A DNA stretch of 64,000 nucleotides, taken from NCBI GenBank assembly GCA_002269645.1, contig NIVC01000151.1:496001-560000 (forward strand), written 5' to 3'. The first letter of the stretch is position 1. Every line of letters starts with the position of its first letter. Shown here one piece after another: positions 37,601-50,023 of the stretch. Position numbers and translations under genes: made by a program. Under the pieces are notes generated by a model, which worked only from the letters and a program-made list of their open reading frames with translations, was not told the origin of the DNA and did not search any database. Source of the stretch: Macrostomum lignano. Lineage: Eukaryota.

Positions 37601-40600
37601 GGGGTAGATACAGAGGGAGGGGTAGGTACAGAGGGAGGGGTAGGTACAGAGGGAGGGGTAGATGCAGAGGGAGGGGTAGGTACAGAGGGAGGGGTAGATA
37701 CAGAGGGAGGGGTAGGTACAGAGGGAGGGGTAGGTACAGAGGGAGGGGTAGATACAGAGGGCGGGGTAGATACAGAGGGAGGGTAGATACAGAGGGAGGG
37801 GTAGGTACAGAGGGAGGGGTAGATACAGAGGGAGGGGTAGATACAGAGGGAGGGGTAGATACAGAGGGAGGGGTAGATGCAGGGGGAGGGGTAGATACAG
37901 AGGGAGGGGTAGGTACAGAGGGAGGGGTAGGTACAGAGGGAGGGGTAGATACAGAGGGAGGGGTAGGTACAGAGGGAGGGGTAGATACAGAGGGAGGGGT
38001 AGGTACAGAGGGAGGGGTAGGTACAGAGGGAGGGGTAGGTACAGAGGGAGGGGTAGGTACAGAGGGAGGGGTAGATACAGAGGGAGGGGTAGGTACAGAG
38101 GGAGGGGTAGGTACAGAGGGAGGGGTAGGTACAGAGGGAGGGGTAGGTACAGAGGGAGGGGTAGGTACAGAGGGAGGGGTAGGTACAGAGGCAGTTAAGC
38201 AGTTAAATTGCCGTTAATCATTTTGAGTTAATCATAACCATAATCACCATATATATGTACCGCGTAGAGTTTACAAAAAAACATTAGCGTAACGAGACAA
38301 TATGTCGTGTCAAAGTTCTCAGACTACTATCTTGATATTCAGCCGCCTCTCTTGCCGCACCAATGAAGAAAAACAAATGATTTATTGCACCGCCTGCAGA
38401 ACGTGAGCATGAGCATCTTGGTTGGCGCCAGCATCAACCTGCCGGCGGCGCCGCTAGCGCCACAGTACTCGGTGTACGTGCAGAGCCTTGGCGCTCACGG
38501 CACCTCGCCGCCTTCGCCCACCGTCACCACCGTGCTGCCGCCTGCGGTGCCCAATGCCAGCGTGACACCCGTGACGAGTAAGTGCTCATGGACTGGGGTG
38601 TGACGGTTCATAGACTACGTGTGACAGGTCATAGACTAGGGTGTGACAGCTCATAGACCAGACCACTTGTGACAGGTCATAGACTAGGGTGCGACAGCTC
38701 ATAGACTAGGGTGTGACAGCTCATAGACTAGGGTGCGACAGCTCATAGACTAGGGTGCGACAGCTCATAGACTAGGGTGTGACAGCTCATAGACCAGGCG
38801 TGACAGGTCATAGACTAGGGTGTGACAGGTCATAGACTAGGGTGTGACAGCTCATAGACTAGGGTGTGACAGCTCATAGAATAGGGTGTGACAGCTCATA
38901 GACCAGGCGTGACAGGTCATAGACTAGGGTGTGACAGCTCATAGACTAGGGTGTGACAGCTCATAGACTAGGGTGTGACAGCTCATAGACTAGGGTGTGA
39001 CAGCTCCTAGACGAGGTCTGTCACTGAGGATGCCATCTCCAGATCCCGCAGAACCTGCAACGTGACTAATTTATGAGCAGATAGCTGATATTTTAATATG
39101 CGGCAATGGAGTGAAAACAGATATTTTGTGTCGGTTTTCTTTAAAAATTGATTTCCAGTCCTTTAGTTATTTTGAGTAGCAGCCTTGAGCTCATCTCAAC
39201 AGACACTTAGTGTTCCTTTCATGATATTCCGCGGCTCTTTTAGTTAGTGAGCATAGCTAATACTGTACGAAATGCCATAGACATTTGCGGCTCAGCCGTT
39301 GACGGCTCGTAAATAAAAGTGCATTTTTAATAACTAAATAAAAGTTCATCACAATGCTAACATTATGCACTTATAACCTGTAATGCGAGTACATTAAACC
39401 TGCTCTGTCTCGCACCAAGCCGTTAATCCGCTGGCTGCATTCCATTAGTTTTAACGGTCGAGAATTCACCAATTTTAGAGGCACTGATGAGTTGCGGTGA
39501 CTTGTAAGTGCACTCTTGCGAGGAGTGGTCTCTGTTCTCTGTTGTTGCTGGGGGCGCCGATCAGTGTGGGAGCGGTTTGCTAATGATTTATTTAATAGAT
39601 TCATAATTAGTGCCTGTACTACATATAATTCCTGCCTGATGGATGCTGTGCCCTCGGAGTCGGGGCAATTTTCAAGCAGATTTTTGCCGATGGAGCTGTG
39701 AAATTCAAATGCATCAGTGAATGCTATTGATGATCACTTCAATACCCGATTTCCTGCGTCAATTTTCATTGATTTGCACCCCAATCTATCCGTTTAGCTG
39801 TGGGACAGATTTGCAATCCATTTATTTGTTTATTTGTTATTTGTTATTTTACAGATTAGCAATCCAGTCTGTGCCCTCAGCCATGCAGGCTAGATTAGCA
39901 ATCCAGTCTGTGCCCTCGGCCATGCAGGCTAGATTAGCAATCCAGTCTGTGCCCTCGGCCATGCAGGCTAGATTAGCAATCCACTTTGTGCCCTCAGCCA
40001 TGCAGGCTAGATTAGCAATCCACTTTGTGCCCTCAGCCATGCAGGCTAGATTAGCAATCCACTTTGTGCCCTCAGCCATGCAGGCTAGATTAGCAATCCA
40101 GTCTGTGCCCTCAGCCATGCAGGCTAGATTAGCAATCCAGTCTGTGCCCTCGGCCATGCAGGCTAGATTAGCAATCCAGTCTGTGCCCTCAGCCATGCAG
40201 GCTAGATTAGCAATCCAGTCTGTGCCCTCAGCCATGCAGGCTAGATTAGCAATCCAGTCTGTGCCTCAGCCATGCAGGCTAGATTAGCAATCCGCTCTGT
40301 GCCCTCAGCCATGCAGGCTAGATTAGCAATCCAGTCTGTGCCTCAGCCATGCAGGCTAGATTAGCAATCCAGTCTGTGCCCTCAGCCTTGCAGGCAGACT
40401 GGCTGAGTCGGATCCGCACTCGGGTTTGCCTGATGCAGGTGGCAGCAGAGACGTTTGGCGCTCCCCACTGCTTTCCCAGCCGCTTTCCCAGTATTTTTGG
40501 TAATTGCTGACGCGGCAGCCTTTGATCTTGGCGGCCTTGACAGCCCAGCACTCCGGCCAATGGCTGGCCGGCCGATTAAGTACAGTTAATTATTTTATTG

Positions 40601-43600
40601 TTCGCGTCATGCACCTGGGTGCGATGATTGGACCTCAGCTGCGATTTCGCGAGCAATAATGCCAGTTGCCTTGATCCCCTTTCGCTCCCTCCCCCTATAT
40701 CCCCTGCTTTATTAAGTTATGAAATGATTGGCCTTCCTTCAGCTTTGCTTGAAACCCCCACTCCGCAGAGTGCTGTCTGAACAAACTGATGAGCGCTTCG
40801 TGTGCTGAGAGGCTTTGCTCGGGGCGACCCATCCTGGACCTGAACACGATTATCAACTCTACCTGCGGCAAGCACGTCTCGGAGGCCTTCGCCTGCTACG
40901 CTGGTGAGTTGCTGGACACTTGCGTTTACATAAAGCTGGTTTACAGAGTCTGTTTCCTGTGGATGCTGGTTTACAGAGCCTGTTTCCTGTGGATGCTAGT
41001 TTACAGAACCTGTTTCCTGTGCATGCTGGTTTACAGAGCCTGTTTCCTGTGCATGCTGGTTTACAGAGCCTGTTTCTCACTAAGCCCTGGTATTTCAGAG
41101 CCTGTTTTACCTTAGCTTAGGAGTTCCAGCCCGAGCTCTCTAATCCGTCCCTCTCCGCAGGCGGCCGCAACCACACCGGCTGCTGCCAGGCGCAGGCGGT
41201 GCCGCTCGCCGCCTGCGGCAAATTTTGCACCGGCGAGACGCCGCACGTTGAAGTCGCCGACACCGTGGCCTGCCTGCCGCACCTGGACTCCATCGCCAGG
41301 TGCTACGACACCGGGGCTGCAGGCATCCCGTCCCCGCCTCGCCAGCTGGTGCTGGACGGCATCACCGACCGGTCCGTCTCCGTTCACTGGCAGCCGCCGC
41401 TGTACAACCCCGACAAGGTGCTCAACTACAGCCTAATGGTGCTGGACAAGGTCACTGGCTGGCGCACCGCCGTCAGCACCCCGCTGACGCAGCAGACGGT
41501 CTCCGGCCTGGCCAGCGACCGCTTCTACGAGCTCGCCGTGGTGGCTGTGGGCAGCGATGGCAGCAGCCTGCCCAGCAACCGCATGACCGTCATGACCATG
41601 GACTCCCCGCCTGGCAGCTCCCGGCCCACTGGCACCTCCGGCCAGCCCGACATGCCCGTCTGTTGTGGACTGCTTGGGGTGAGTCACCTGTGCTGTGATG
41701 GTGCCTTGGGGTGAGTCACCTGTGCGGTGATGGTGCCTTGGGGTGAGTCACCTGTGCGGTGATTGTGCCTTGGGGTGAGTCACCTGTGCGGTGATGGTGC
41801 CTTGGGGTGAGTCACCTGTGCGATGATGGTGCCTTGGGGTGAGTCACCTGTGCGATGATGGTGCCCTGGGATGAGCGAGGACGTCCTGGCATTGTGGTGA
41901 GTCGCCCTGTCATAGAAAAGGGTCAACCCTGATTCTCAATCGCAAACATTCTGCAGGTGCCGACTAACTGCAGCGGCCAGTGCGCCAGCCCGTCCGCCTT
42001 CAACGCCGCCGCTCTGTCGCCGGCCTGCCGGAACGGCTCCGCTTTGCTCAATCTGCTGGCCTGCCTGGTGGACGGCCGCAACAACACGGCCTGCTGCCGG
42101 GCCAAGGGCGTGCCCGATTCCTGCCTGCCCGTCTGCGTCGCCAGGCCCGGCGACCCGCCGCCGCCCGCCCACTGCTTCGACATTCTAGACTCCGCGGCCG
42201 CCTGCGCCCGGGACGCCTACGACAAGGTGCCATCGGAGCCGATCAGACTGCGGGTGGAGTCCTACGGCACCAACTTTGTGGACCTCGCCTGGCAGCTGCC
42301 CGTCAGGCGGCCCGTCGACTTCCGCTACCAGCTGGTGGCCGACGTCCGCGCGGGCGGCTCCGTCCAGACTGGGGTAAGACTGGACTCTCGTGAGACTCTA
42401 GACTCTCCCCTGAGACTGCTCTGGACTCTCCCCTGAGGCTGCTCTGGACTCATCCCTGAGACTGCTCTGGACTCTCCCCTGAGACTGCTCTGGACTCCCT
42501 CTATGACCTCTATCGGCTGCCCCCCTTAGACTGCTCTGGACTCTCCCCCTGAGACTGCTTTGGAATCTCGTGAGACTCTGGACTCTCCCCTGAGACTGCT
42601 CTGGACTCTCCCCCTGAGACTGCTTTGGAATCTCGTGAGACTCTAGACTCCCCCCCCCGAGACTGCTCTGGAATCATCCCTGAGACTGCTCTGGACTCTC
42701 CCCTGAGACTGCTCTGGACTCTCCCCCGAGATTGCTCTGGACTCATCCCTGAGACTGCTCTGGACTCTCCCCTGAGACTGCTCTGGAATCATCCCTGAGA
42801 CTGCTCTGGAATCATCCCTGAGACTGCTCTGGACTCTCCCCTGAGACTGCTCTGGACTCTCCCCTGAGACTGCTCTGGACTCATCCCTGAGACTGCTTTA
42901 GAGTCCCTATGAGACTAACCTTAACTTTTCCCTGAGACCGCCCTGGACTCACTCTCCTATGTGCTCTCGCCCAGGGACAGTATCTAAGACTCATTCTGAA
43001 GCCCTGTCAGATTGTCTCATCCCAACTATCTCTGCACCAGAATCGAAACTGACAAACTACTCGCCTCAACAGGTCGTCCTGTCGCAGTTCCCCGCCGACG
43101 TGACGGTGGGCCACGTGGTCAGCTTGCAGCCCGGAGGCCATTACTCCTTCCGCCTGGCCGCCGTCTCCGACTCGGGCTCCAGTGTGCTGTCTGACGCCGT
43201 GACCGTCTGGCTGCTGCCCGACCTGCCCAGCAACTGGTCCGCCAGCGTCAATACTTCCCGCCTGCCCTACGGTGAGGGGGTGGAACACGGGTGGTGGGGT
43301 TAGGAGTGAGGTGAGACGGAGAGTGAGATAGTCAGACAGTGAGAGGTAGACATGGTGGGAGAAGGGCGACAGTCAGATTGACGTGGTGGGAGAAGAGCGA
43401 CAGTCAGATTGACATGGTGGGAGAAGGGCGACAGTCAGATTGACATGGTGGGAGAAGGGCGACAGTCAGATTGACATGGTGGGAGAAGGGCGACAGTCAG
43501 GTTGGCATGGTGGGAGAAGGGCGACAGTCAGATTGACATGGTGGGAGAAGGGCGACAGTCAGGTTGGCATGGTGGGAGAAGGGCGACAGTCAGATTGACA

Positions 43601-46600
43601 TGGTGGGAGAAGGGCGACAGTCAGATTGACATGGTGGGAGAAGGGCGACAGTCAGATTGACGTGGTGGGAGAAGAGCGACAGCTAGGTTGGCATTGTGGG
43701 AGAAGGGCGACAGTCAGGTAGACATGGTGGGAGAAGGGCGACAGTCAGGTTGGCATGGTGGGAGAAGGGCGACAGTCAGATTGACATGGTGGGAGAAGAG
43801 CGACAGTCAGGTTGACATGGTGGGAGAAGGGCGACAGTCAGATTGACATGGTGGGAGAAGGGCGACAGTCAGATTGACATGGTGGGAGAAGGGCGACAGT
43901 CAGATTGACGTGGTGGGAGAAGAGCGACAGCTAGGTTGGCATTGTGGGAGAAGGGCGACAGTCAGGTAGACATGGTGGGAGAAGGGCGACAGTCAGGTTG
44001 GCATGGTGGGAGAAGGGCGACAGTCAGGTTGGCATGGTGGGAGAAGGGCGACAGTCAGGTTGGCAGGGTCTCAAACTCGCTCCCATTGCCAGGCATCTCC
44101 CAGTGCTGCCAGGCCCGCAAAGTGCCCAGCCACTGCCAGCTGCTGTGCGACCCCCGCAACATGACGAACTTCAACCACACGGACAGCAGCTTGTCTGTAG
44201 TCTACAATAACTGCACCGACAGTCTCCCTGACATCACATTCTGCCTGGCTGATGGCAAGAACCACGAGCCCTGCTGCCGCCGGGAGAATGTCCCCGACGT
44301 CTGCCTGGGGCTCTGCTCCGGCGCCTCCGTGCCGTCCGGCAGCCTCACCTGCCCGCTGTGGTGGCGCGAGGTGAGTCCGATTTCAACGAACAGCCAGTGA
44401 AAATGAATGATATCTAAAGAGTAATATCACCCCTATGCAATCCTGAGAATCGCCCCAAAGCAGCCCTGAGAATCGCTCCAGAGCAGCCCTGAGAATCGCC
44501 CCAAGGCAGCTCTGAGAATGGCCCCAGAGCAGCCCTGAGAATCGCCCGAGAGCAGCCCTGAGAATCGCCCCAAAGCAGCCCTGAGAATCGCCTCAAGGCA
44601 GCTCTGAGAATGGCCCCAGAGCAGCCCTGAGAATCGCCCTAGAGCAGCCCTGAGAATCGCCCCAAAGCAGCCCTGAGAATCGCCCTAGAGCAGCTCTAAG
44701 AATCGCCCCAAAGCAGCCCTGAGAATCGCCCCAGAGCAGCCCTGAGAATCGCCCCAGAGCAGCCCTGAGAATCGCCCCAAAGCAGCCCTGAGAATCGCCC
44801 TAGAGCAGCTCTAAGAATCGCCCCAAAGCAGCCCTGAGAATCGCTCCAGAGCAGCCCTGAGAATCGCTCCAGAGCAGCCCTGAGAATCGCCCCAGAGCAG
44901 CCCTGAGAATCGCCCCAAAGCAGCCCTGAGAATCGCCCTAGAGCAGCTCTAAGAATCGCCCCAAAGCAGCCCTGAGAATCGCTCCAGAGCAGCCCTGAGA
45001 ATCGCTCCAGAGCAGCCCTGAGAATCGCCCCAGAGCAGCCCTGAGAATCGCCCTAGAGCAGCTCTAAGAATCGCCCCAAAGCAGCCCTGAGAATCGCTCC
45101 AGAGCAGCCCTGAGAATCGCCCCAGAGCAGCCCTGAGAATCGCTCCAGAGCAGCCCTGAGAATCGCTCCAGAGCAGCCCTGAGAATCGCCCCAGAGCAGC
45201 CCTGAGAATCGCCCTAGAGCAGCTCTAAGAATCGCCCCAAAGCAGCCCTGAGAATCGCTCCAGAGCAGCCCTGAGAATCGCCCCAGAGCAGCCCTGAGAA
45301 TCGCCCCAGAGCAGCCCTGAGAATCGCTCCAGAGCAGCCCTGAGAATCGCCCCATAGCAGCCCTGAGAATCGCCCCAACCACTCGCAGATCTACGGCTGC
45401 ATAGAGGAGGGGATCATCAGCGTGCCGCCGGCGCCCGTCATTCACCGAGTCGACGTGTTCTCCAACCGCCTGACCGTCACCTACGACCGCGGCACGCTGG
45501 ACAACGACACCCGCAGCATTCTGTACATCCGGTTTGCCGACACGCCCTCGCACTGGTACGCCTTCCTGAACCCCTCCAACCCGGCCGTGTTCCGAGTGCC
45601 GTCCAACACCAGCTTCTCCCTGTTCATGCTCAACTCCAACACCAACGGCTCGAGCCAGCCCAGCCCGGTGCGCACCGTGCGCACCTTGCCCGACGACCCG
45701 CTCAGCATGTACATCAACACCAACGCCAAAACCTTCCGCGTGTTGGAGAGCTCCCGGCCTCTGATCCTCAACTGCTACTACTGGTGGCCTCTGGTGGCCA
45801 CGCCAACCTACCGCTGGTTCCGGTCTGGCCACCTGCTGCAGTCTGGCAGCTCATCCAGCTACACCATTCCCCATGCCGAGGCCCGCGACAGTGGCCTGTA
45901 CACCTGTGCCCTGCAGCTCAGCACCGGCCAGTCCGGCTCCGTCAGCGCCTCGCTGCACATCCAGTCCGCGGTGACCGCCGCCTCCCTGACCGGCCTCGTA
46001 CCCGTCCGGCTGGGCAGCGCCGCCCGGCTCAGCTGCGCCTTCGAGGGCTTCCCAGACCGCGTGGAATGGCGCGACAGCAGCGGCGTGCCGGTGGTGCAAA
46101 CCCGCGACGGCTCGGTGCGGGTTCCCGTGTTCAGCGTGAGTCACTGCGGGCCAGATTTTCCGTGCTTCCGTTCACGATTTCTCTTATCGATCAGTCGGAA
46201 TGGATTTGAAATTCTTTTATTGGGATTTCCCGTGTCTTTTTCCCTCATGTGATTTGCGATTTCCCGAGTCTTTCCCTCATGGGATTTGCGATTTCCCGAG
46301 TCTTTTTCCCTCTATGGGATTTGGGATTTCCCGAGTCTTTCCCTCTATGGGATTTGCGATTTCCCGAGTCTTTCCCTCTATGGGATTTGCGATTTCCCGA
46401 GTCTTTTTCCCTCATGGGATTTGCGATTTCCCGAGTCTTTCCCTCATGGGATTTGCGATTTCCCGAGTCTTTCCCTCTATGGGATTCGGGAATTCCCGTG
46501 TCTTTTGCCTAATTGGGATTTGCGATTTCCCGTGTCTTTTCCCTATATAGGATTTAGGATTGCCCGCGTCCTTTTGCCTCTATAGGATTCGGGAATTTTA

Positions 46601-49600
46601 TGACTTTCCCTCTATGGGATTTGGGATTTCCTGTGTCTTTCCCTCTATGGTATTTGGGATTCCCATGTCTTTTTCCCTAATTCAATTGGGATTTGCGATT
46701 TCCCGAGTCCTTTTGCCTCTATGGGATTTGGGATTTCCGTGTCTTTTTCCCTCTATGGGATTTGGGATTTCCCGTGTCTTTTTGTCTCTATGGGATTTGG
46801 GATTCCCATGTCTTTTTGCCTCTGTGGCATTAGGGATTCCCATGTCTGACCGTCCTGTCTGGGATTTTAGAATTTCTGTGGTTGGCCCACTTTTATTGGG
46901 CTTTGTGATTTTTGTCGGTCACGGCAAAGCAAATTCCGTCCTAGCAGGGTTGAGTTTTCCCTCTTATTTGCGGCTCTCATTAATATTTCATTAACGCAAA
47001 TCGCCCACCCCCACCGCAGATCTCCGACCTGCTCACCTACAGCTCGGTGGAGTTCTCCGCCGTGTCGGCCAGCCAGCTCGGCCACTACACCTGCACCGGC
47101 TTCAACCCACTGGGCAGCCACTCCGCCCGCTCCCTGCTCTACGACGCGTCCGACGCCACCCCCGCGCCGCCCACCGCGGGCCCCGCGCCAACCAGCAGTG
47201 GCGGCGCCACGACAGGGAACGGATCCGCCAGCGCCGTCTGCTGCGCCAATCGTGGCGTCGGAGCTGCCTGCATCGGCGTCTGTAGCGCCAGCGTCGCCCA
47301 TCCGGTCAGCGCCAACTGTACCGACGCCTTCGCCGACCACGCCAGCCACTGCCTGGCCGACTCGCGCAACTTCAGCCGCTGCTGCCAGCGCAGCCACGCG
47401 GTGCCGCCCGCCTGCCTGCCGCTGTGCTGGGGCGACCCGCCCGCCCCGGCTGACGTTGCCAGCTGCACGGCCGCGGTGGACTCCACGGTGGCCGGCTGCC
47501 TGCGTCAGACCGGCGTCCCCGGCCCGCCGCTCACCGTCACCGCCCAGCCGAAGGCGCCGCACGGCCTGCTGGTTACCTGGCAACCGCCAGCGCGCAATCC
47601 GGAGAGTGTCAGCGGCTACCGCATCCTCATGCGGGTGGCGGGCAGCCCCGGCAAGCTCATCCAGGCCTCTGTCGGCCGGTCGAAGCTCAGCCACCTGCAG
47701 ACCCCCGTGCCGACCTCCGCCGCCATCTCCGTGACCGTCGTTGCCATCGGCGGAGACAACGGCGACAGCCTCGCCTCGCTGCCCGCCTCGGCGGCCACGC
47801 CGGGACCGCCCGGGGTGCCTCAAAATGTGCACCTGGTTAGCGCCGGGAACAACATCGCGAAGATCGCCTGGGTGGTCATCCCAGGCACCACCCGCCAGAC
47901 TCCTTCCAGGTGGGTCAAAGCTTTGTTAACTCGTTGCGACACTGCTTAAGCTGGAGCTGGGAAACTGATAAGGGAAGTCAGTGGTTTAGATAGGGGAGTC
48001 AGTGTTTAGATAAAGGTCAGTGTTTTAGATAGGTAGGTCAGTGATTTAGATAGGGGAGGTCAGTGGTTTAGATAGGGGAGGTCAGTGGTTTAGATAGGGG
48101 AGGTCAGTGGTTTAGATAGGGGAGGTCAGTGGTTTAGATAGGGGAGGTCAGTGTTTAGATAAAGGTCAGTGGTTTAGATAGGTAGGTCAGTGGTTTAGAT
48201 AGGTAGGTCAGTGTTTAGATAAAGGTCAGTGTTTTAGATAGGTAGGTCAGTGGTTTAGATAGGGGAGGTCAGTGTTTAGATAAAGGTCAGTGGTTTGATA
48301 GGGGAGGTCAGTGATTTAGATAGTGGAGGTCAGTGGTTTAGATAGGGGATGTCAGTGGTTTAGATAGGGGAGGTCAGTGGTTTAGATAGGGGAGGTCAGT
48401 GTTTTAGATCGGGGAGTCAGTGTTTTAGATCGGGGAGGTCAGTGGTTTAGATAGGGGATGTCAGTGGTTTAGATAGGGGAGGTCAGTGTTTAGATAAAGG
48501 TCAGTGGTTTAGATAGGTAGGTCAGTGGTTTAGATAGGTAGGTCAGTGTTTAGATAAAGGTCAGTGTTTTAGATAGGTAGGTCAGTGGTTTAGATAGGGG
48601 AGGTCAGTGTTTAGATAAAGGTCAGTGGTTTGATAGGGGAGGTCAGTGATTTAGATAGTGGAGGTCAGTGGTTTAGATAGGGGATGTCAGTGGTTTAGAT
48701 AGGGGAGGTCAGTGGTTTAGATAGGGGAGGTCAGTGTTTTAGATCGGGGAGTCAGTGTTTTAGATCGGGGAGGTCAGTGGTTTAGATAGGGGATGTCAGT
48801 GGTTTAGATAGGGGAGGTCAGTGGTTTAGATAGGGGAGGTCAGTGGTTTAGATAGGGGAGGTCAGTGGTTTAGATAGGGGAGGTCAGTGGTTTAGATAGG
48901 GGAGGTCAGTGTTTTAGATAGGGGAGGTCAGTGGTTTAGATAGGGGATGTCAGTGGTTTAGATAGGGGAGGTCAGTGGTTTAGATAGGGGAGGTCAGTCG
49001 TTTAGATAGGGGAGGTCAGTGTTTTAGATCGGGGAGGTCAGTGGTTTAGATAGGGGATGTCAGTGGTTTAGATAGGGGATGTCAGTGGTTTAGATAGGGG
49101 AGGTCAGTGGTTTAGATAGGGGAGGTCAGTGTTTTAGATCGGGGAGTCAGTGTTTTAGATCGGGGAGGTCAGTGGTTTAGATAGGGGATGTCAGTGGTTT
49201 AGATAGGGGATGTCAGTGGTTTAGATCGGGGAGGTCAGTGGTTTAGATAGGGGATGTCAGTGGTTTAGATAGGGGATGTCAGTGGTTTAGATAGGGGATG
49301 TCAGTGGTTTAGATAGGGGAGGTCAGTGGTTTAGATAGGGGAGGTCAGTGGTTTAGATAGGGGGGGGTGGTCAGTAATAGGGCACAATTGGAGGTCAGAG
49401 CAGCCAGTGCAGACGCAAGAAATGGCAGGTGAGCCCCGCCTCTCAACCAGGTGAACGCCAGCCTGTCCAGCGGCCGCAGCCTCTCGCTTTCGGTGCCGGC
49501 CAAGCAGACTCAGGTGGTGCTGCGCTGCCTGCTGCCGCGCAGCACTTTCTACATCCGGGTGCGCGCCATCAGCGCCGCCTGGGGCGACTCGGCGCCATCG

Positions 49601-50023
49601 GACCCGGCGCTGCGGCTGAACACGGGCTCCGAGGGCCCCGAATGCCGCGGCTCCAGCTACGACTACTGGACCAGCGGCAGCGGCGACAACAACTCGGCCA
49701 GGGCCACCGGCGCCGTGGTGCTGGTGATCATCACCCTGGCCTGCACGCTGACGGCCGCCTTCTTGGCGCTGGTGTTTTACTGGCGCCGCACCGGCGTGCC
49801 CTCGTCTGTGCGCAGCCGCCTGCCCTGCGTGCTGTCCATTGTGGACAGCGACGCCTGCCGCTGCTTCGACGCCAACTACCGCTCTGGCGGCTACATGCAC
49901 AGCAACGGCGGCGGCGGCGGCAGCGGTGGCCGAGGCGGCGGTCCGGACCAGCTGTTCGACAACCCGGTGCGCTTCGACAGCTCCGGCGGCGTCGTGAGCT
50001 TCGGCCGGACGTCCGAGGCGTGA
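31680..50023 (+). CDS. Ig-like, fibronectin type III and DB-module single-pass receptor (IGDB-like, ~1,630 aa); exons 31680-31698, 31775-31938, 32827-33124, 34639-34779, 35949-36125, 37085-37239, 38400-38577, 40769-40903, 41161-41678, 41957-42373, 43073-43271, 44093-44370, 45389-46135, 47020-47909, 49451-50023
   Basis: Signal peptide MRSKPLAWLHFCLPPLLILLLAQRTGA; Ig (LTC..VAWY..YQC); repeated Cys-rich DB modules (DG(R/K)N(H/N).CC...VP..C...C); FN3 (VP.PP..V.W..P...Y); two more Ig domains; TM AVVLVIITLACTLTAAFLALVFYW. All junction phases fit except the last. Confidence 0.85.
32035..32765. repeat. G-rich 21-bp array (GGGGTCAGGTGTTGGGGGTTT) plus a short 21-bp AGTTAGGATAGAGGGTCAGGT array in intron 2
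   Basis: Direct. Confidence 0.95.
33111..34530. repeat. 50-bp array containing the exon end and GTGAGT donor (33111-34150), then a 20-bp GAGATTCCAGTCTAATCTGT array
   Basis: Direct. Confidence 0.95.
34823..35870. repeat. 16/18-bp array GAATCCCATGCCTCCCCT in intron 4
   Basis: Direct. Confidence 0.95.
36225..37050. repeat. Two 24-bp arrays in intron 5 (CTCTTTCCATGATCACTCACTGAC; CCCCTTCCCCTGGTCACCCAGTGA)
   Basis: Direct. Confidence 0.95.
37505..38190. repeat. G-rich 18-bp array GGGAGGGGTAGGTACAGA in intron 6
   Basis: Direct. Confidence 0.95.
38600..40400. repeat. 22-bp array (38600-39010) and 39-bp array (39852-40400) in intron 7
   Basis: GTGTGACAGCTCATAGACTAGG; AGATTAGCAATCCAGTCTGTGCCCTCAGCCATGCAGGCT. 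Confidence 0.95.
40935..41110. repeat. 30-bp array in intron 8
   Basis: GCTGGTTTACAGAGCCTGTTTCCTGTGCAT. Confidence 0.9.
41674..41870. repeat. 32-bp array containing the GGG|GTGAGT donor, intron 9
   Basis: GT at 41679, 41711, 41743, 41775, 41807, 41839. Confidence 0.95.
42390..46860. repeat. Private arrays of introns 10-13: ~24 bp (42390-42950), 31 bp (43350-44065), 23 bp (44440-45375), ~33 bp (46215-46860)
   Basis: CCCTGAGACTGCTCTGGACTCTC; GGTGGGAGAAGGGCGACAGTCAGATTGACAT; CAGAGCAGCCCTGAGAATCGCCC; TGGGATTTGCGATTTCCCGAGTCTTTCCCTCTA. Confidence 0.95.
47970..49365. repeat. 22-bp G-rich array GGGGAGGTCAGTGGTTTAGATA in intron 14
   Basis: Direct. Confidence 0.95.

Noticed and set aside
22760-49365. 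Regular 30-50-bp arrays as CRISPR arrays
   Set aside because: Units are contiguous with no unique spacers, there are no cas genes, and the context is eukaryotic introns.
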